29,452 nt of DNA from a virus (Duplodnaviria; Caudoviricetes), in IMG/VR virus record IMGVR_UViG_3300020308_000006, positions 1-29,452 of that record. One strand, 5' to 3'. The notes beneath the pieces are model-generated. The model made no database searches. It saw nothing but the letters and a program-made list of their open reading frames with translations, and had not been told where the DNA came from. This document shows positions 26,560-29,452 of the stretch, in pieces (the first letter of the stretch is position 1; the number at the start of each line of letters is the position of its first letter). The position numbers and the translations under genes were made by a program.

Positions 26560-27315
26560 GTGGCTAAAACTCTATTTTTTGATATAGAAACAGCACCGAA
26601 CCTTAGCTATGTGTGGGGTCAATGGCAACAAGATGTCATCGAGCACGCCAGAGAGTGGTACATCATATGTTTCTCATACAAATGGGAACACGAAAAGAAA
26701 ACACACGTTGTATCTTTAGACGACTTTGATCTCTACAACGAAGATCCTGAAAACGATTTCGATGTTGTTTACAAACTCTGGCAATTATTAGACGAAGCAG
26801 ACATAGTGATAGGCCATAACTCAGACGCATTCGATATTAAAAAAGCCAACGCACGTTTTGTTTACCACAACTTTGGACCAACTGGTCCCTATCAAACGGT
26901 TGACACATTAAAAATTGCACGTAAACATTTTAAATTTAACAGCAACAGACTCGGACATCTCGGGGAACACCTTGGACTCGGGGGAAAAGAAACCACAGGA
27001 GGATTTCAGACATGGGCAGGTTGTATGAAGGGTGAAGCTAAAGCGTGGGGGACAATGAAGAAGTATGCCAAACAAGACGTAGATCTGTTGGTAGATGTTT
27101 ACGAACGGTTGCGTCCGTGGATGACAAACCATCCAAACAGAAATGTAATTGATTCAACTTCTCGTCATTGTCCTACATGTGGCAGCGACAGGTTACAAAA
27201 ACGTGGGGTTCGATGTACCCGGACGATGAGTTATCAAACATATCAATGTCAACGCTGTCGTTCTTATTGTAGAGAAAGACTAACTAATAGCTCTGCACGT
27301 CCTGAAGTGGTTTAA
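26560..27315 (+). CDS. DEDD-type 3'-5' exonuclease (RNase H-like, RNase_H_2/YprB-like) with C-terminal zinc ribbon
   Basis: ExoI DIETAP, ExoII GHNSDAFD, ExoIII YAKQDV; CPTCGS...YQCQRC; GTG start with AGGGG SD. Confidence 0.85.
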   Translation: MAKTLFFDIETAPNLSYVWGQWQQDVIEHAREWYIICFSYKWEHEKKTHVVSLDDFDLYNEDPENDFDVVYKLWQLLDEADIVIGHNSDAFDIKKANARFVYHNFGPTGPYQTVDTLKIARKHFKFNSNRLGHLGEHLGLGGKETTGGFQTWAGCMKGEAKAWGTMKKYAKQDVDLLVDVYERLRPWMTNHPNRNVIDSTSRHCPTCGSDRLQKRGVRCTRTMSYQTYQCQRCRSYCRERLTNSSARPEVV

Positions 27316-27479
27316 TCAAAGTTGTAATTGCGAGGCAAAATATATTCAGGCTCTATTAGCCAAGCCTCATACCTTGCTTTACATTTTTTGCAACGACAAC
27401 CATTAAGTAAATACGTAGCTATGAAACCATGCGTTTTAAAATCTGACTTTTTCCAAGGAGGAAAGTCAGAGATATGCAT
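27312..27479 (-). CDS. Small zinc-binding protein (55 aa, HG..Y..GCRC..C motif)
   Basis: MHISDFPPWKKSDFKTHGFIATYLLNGCRCKKCKARYEAWLIEPEYILPRNYNFD*; TAATG-coupled to the upstream gene; not in the ORF track. Confidence 0.75.
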   Translation of the reverse strand: MHISDFPPWKKSDFKTHGFIATYLLNGCRCKKCKARYEAWLIEPEYILPRNYNFD

Positions 27480-27649
27480 TAGTAATCTTCAGGGTTAGAC
27501 GCTTCGTCCTTAAAAATATTAGCCATACGTAAAGCTTCTTCTTTAGTGCGATACCACTCACGCATGTGACTGTCACAAATTACTGCGTAACCGGGAACAC
27601 TGAGCCCTGCGCCTATTCGTGCTACTAGCTTTTGTACTTTAACATCCAT
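27479..27649 (-). CDS. Hypothetical protein (56 aa)
   Basis: Start moved to the ATG at 27649 (MDVKVQKL...), which has a GGAG SD; the longer track ORF runs through a hairpin and a promoter. Confidence 0.65.
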   Translation of the reverse strand: MDVKVQKLVARIGAGLSVPGYAVICDSHMREWYRTKEEALRMANIFKDEASNPEDY

Positions 27650-27677
27650 CGCTTTTCTCCAATCACGATGCCACTTT

Positions 27678-27686
27678 ATTTTACCA
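27678..27686 (-). promoter_or_regulatory. Extended -10 promoter element
   Basis: The minus strand reads TGgTAAAAT about 30 nt upstream of the 27649 start and just downstream of a strong hairpin. Confidence 0.55.
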
Positions 27687-27709
27687 CGTATAGTGAGTTT
27701 GATGATGGA

Positions 27710-27755
27710 TGGAGCGCCTTGGAGAGAAAGGAGAGTAAAACTCCAAGGCACTCCA
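27710..27755 (-). terminator. 15-bp hairpin with an anti-SD-like loop; probable terminator or 3' stabiliser
   Basis: Minus strand TGGAGTGCCTTGGAG-ttttactctcctttct-CTCCAAGGCGCTCCA; the one non-Watson-Crick position is a U-G pair only on the minus strand; begins 2 nt after the stop of the 128-aa gene; no U-tract. Confidence 0.7.
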
Positions 27756-27757
27756 GC

Positions 27758-28144
27758 CTATTTCAAATCTTCTCGTAGACTACGGAGTCGCTTAGTGTTT
27801 TCCTCAATCGACAGCGATTCTTTTTTGTTTAACTCTAAAGCTTTCTGAGTACTAATAATACTTGCAACGTTACTATGGGTTGCAGCTTCCTTGTCCGTCT
27901 CTTGTATGCGCTTCAGTGCTGTCTCAAAGCCTGCTGCACTAAAGCTCCATGTAACATGCAGAGCCCTATAGCATTCTTCTAACGACCAGCCAGCAGCATG
28001 AGCAGTCTCAACAACATGCCGAATCTTCATTGGCTTTGCACCGAACGGTTTCTTATCTAAGTTTTTCCACCAAAAGTTCAGCATCTCAGCAACTGTTTTA
28101 AACTTCGGTATTTGTGGGACATTCAACGCTGTCACTGTGCCCAT
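27758..28144 (-). CDS. Hypothetical helical protein (128 aa), possibly replication-related
   Basis: AAGGAGAG SD at 28150-28157; lies in the recombination/replication module; no clear catalytic motif. Confidence 0.6.
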   Translation of the reverse strand: MGTVTALNVPQIPKFKTVAEMLNFWWKNLDKKPFGAKPMKIRHVVETAHAAGWSLEECYRALHVTWSFSAAGFETALKRIQETDKEAATHSNVASIISTQKALELNKKESLSIEENTKRLRSLREDLK

Positions 28145-28484
28145 TCATTCTCTCCTTAATTAGCTGCGCAAACGTATGCATTTCCATAACAACATACGCT
28201 GCACCTGTTCCATAGTTACGTCGCTTAACTAATGCTGCACCAAATGTAGCGTCAGCATTTACACGTTCTTGCTCTGTCTCCTTCATTATTTCAGATAAAG
28301 AAGACAAAGCATCCTTCCTGTTTTTGCATTCAAACACAAATTCAGGAAGGTCGAGACACCGAATATCCCCAATATCTTTAGTTCCCATAAGCGGAAGTCT
28401 CATAAACTCTCGCTTTGTGTAGCTCTGAAGATACCTGACACACTCGGTTTCCCAAGCAGTCCCCTTCTGTTTAGCTTTACTCAT
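28098..28484 (-). CDS. Holliday junction resolvase (Hjc-like PD-(D/E)xK nuclease)
   Basis: MSKAKQKGTAWE..V..L, DIGDI and VFECKN motifs; next to SSB and the annealase. Confidence 0.85.
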   Translation of the reverse strand: MSKAKQKGTAWETECVRYLQSYTKREFMRLPLMGTKDIGDIRCLDLPEFVFECKNRKDALSSLSEIMKETEQERVNADATFGAALVKRRNYGTGAAYVVMEMHTFAQLIKERMNGHSDSVECPTNTEV

Positions 28485-28759
28485 ATGTTCCCGATGTCAG
28501 GAGGAATTGTTTCCTCAGTTTCTTCCATGTAATCAAGATACTCAGTCATAGCTTGTTGAAATATAAAAGACATAGCTTGCATCATTTGGTTATTAGAATC
28601 CATGTTCCCACTAGCAGGGTGCTTTTCAAAAGCTTCAATAATTCTAAGTGCCTGCATTTCAACACGAGATTGAAAATCTTTAGGCACAACAAATGTCATT
28701 GTTGTAATACTGTCTGCCAGTATCGGAATGATAAAGCTGTACTGTCCTTCATTGTCCAT
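28481..28759 (-). CDS. Hypothetical protein (92 aa)
   Basis: TAATG-coupled to ssb and ATGA overlap with the resolvase; acidic. Confidence 0.65.
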   Translation of the reverse strand: MDNEGQYSFIIPILADSITTMTFVVPKDFQSRVEMQALRIIEAFEKHPASGNMDSNNQMMQAMSFIFQQAMTEYLDYMEETEETIPPDIGNI

Positions 28760-29154
28760 TAGAAAGGCTCCGTGTCATCCGCAAAAGCTGCTTGCACAGT
28801 GTTAACTGCGCCCTGATCTCTTACATTATCACTTGCGTTCCCCTTAGGATGCCAGCGATATGAGGGCCCACCTTCGTCTGCATATAGACACAGTTTGCTA
28901 CGTTTTTCACCTTCTTTAGTTTCCCAATTGTCTTGTTTCATGCGACCAGTAAACATCACACGAGAACCTTTAGACAGTTCTGAAATGCGTTCAGCAAGAT
29001 CACCAAAACATTTGACATCAAACCAATGGGTCTCTTTAGAATCGTCACGACCTGTAGTTACAGCCACAGGCACAGTGACAAACGCATTACCTGCTTGCGA
29101 GTAACGCAACGTCAAATCAGAACCAACGTTACCTGCAATAGAAATATTACTCAT
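28759..29154 (-). CDS. ssb: Single-stranded DNA-binding protein (131 aa)
   Basis: ISIAGNVGSD..LRY, WFDVKCFGDLAE, KGSRV..GRMKQ..WE..GEKRS OB-fold motifs; ADEGGPSYRW resembles actinobacterial SSBs; acidic DDTEPF tail; start moved to the ATG at 29154 with a GAGG SD. Confidence 0.93.
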   Translation of the reverse strand: MSNISIAGNVGSDLTLRYSQAGNAFVTVPVAVTTGRDDSKETHWFDVKCFGDLAERISELSKGSRVMFTGRMKQDNWETKEGEKRSKLCLYADEGGPSYRWHPKGNASDNVRDQGAVNTVQAAFADDTEPF

Positions 29155-29452
29155 TACTTTCTTCCTCTCTCTTTTCAAGAATGTCAGCGAGAACATAGTT
29201 CCCGTCATGCTTATGCCAAAGATGTAGACCTAAGCCCAACCTCATAGCACATCGTTTAATACCGTCAGACGCACAAGCTTTTAACCGTGCACCATCCGTC
29301 TTCCAATTGTTTGGATTCTCACACTCACCAACCTCTTGAATCGAGGTAGTTCGTCCATCAATCTCAACAGTAAGAGTGCAGAGGCAACCAGTGAGAGTAC
29401 CATCAGCATCCCTAACAAGAGTATCAATAGCAAAATCATACGGACCTACAAT
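29147..29452 (-). CDS. Sak/Rad52-like single-strand annealing protein, C-terminal part (runs off the window)
   Basis: Open frame reading ...TGCLCTLTVEIDGRTTSIQEVG...LKACASDGIKRCAMRLGLGLHLW...EEESNE*; KxxxSDxxKRxAxxxGxGxxLW is the Rad52/Sak signature; overlaps the ssb start by 8 nt. Not in the ORF track. Confidence 0.85.
   Translation of the reverse strand: MVGPYDFAIDTLVRDADGTLTGCLCTLTVEIDGRTTSIQEVGECENPNNWKTDGARLKACASDGIKRCAMRLGLGLHLWHKHDGNYVLADILEKREEESNE

Noticed and set aside
26980-26988. GGGGGAAAA complementary to the loop of the 16106 hairpin
   Set aside because: Low-complexity 9-mer in mid-CDS (Gly-Gly-Lys region), not at a start site; chance is sufficient.
659-27132. Many 60-150 aa ORFs antisense to or out of frame within long genes
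   Set aside because: They are shadows of well-supported genes, with no RBS or recognisable motifs.
21988-29208. Longer N-termini in the ORF track for holin (21988), zinc ribbon (23213), the 90-aa ORF (27751) and SSB (29208)
   Set aside because: Downstream starts have SDs or stop-start coupling and, where a family is recognisable, match its N-terminus; the extensions overlap other genes or hairpins.
1-29452. Stop-codon reassignment, CRISPR array, introns or inteins
   Set aside because: Genes tile densely under the standard code with TAA, TAG and TGA all used as stops; no spaced repeats or interrupted core genes seen.

Overview
A 29.5-kb fragment (about 40% GC by eye) of a tailed dsDNA phage with podovirus-type architecture, most likely infecting an actinobacterium (r1t-type holin, actinobacterial-style SSB, HG..GCRC..C zinc motif, a leaderless gene). 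The + strand carries the late region: 3' end of the terminase large subunit, portal, a ~12-kb block of probable ejection/internal virion proteins (one of 2866 aa), scaffold, N4-gp56-like major capsid, a modular fibre/receptor-binding cluster, amidase endolysin plus holin, a repeat-containing structural protein, an FmdB-type zinc ribbon, adaptor- and nozzle-like tail proteins and a DEDD exonuclease. The - strand carries a convergent early/middle module (Sak/Rad52-like annealase, SSB, Holliday junction resolvase, small ORFs). Main new observations: (1) an unannotated 23-aa micro-ORF that looks like one free copy of the repeat in the 352-aa structural protein, suggesting a beads-on-a-string fibre with a placeholder peptide, plus two alternative tip cassettes sharing an MPLGAFK N-terminus; (2) two 3' hairpins whose loops mimic the 16S rRNA anti-Shine-Dalgarno tail, each followed by an extended -10 element; (3) a structured scaffold leader with a C/D-like kink-turn and an SD that is occluded only in read-through transcripts; (4) strong CCWGG avoidance. 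Family assignments come from motif recognition and synteny; no database search was run.
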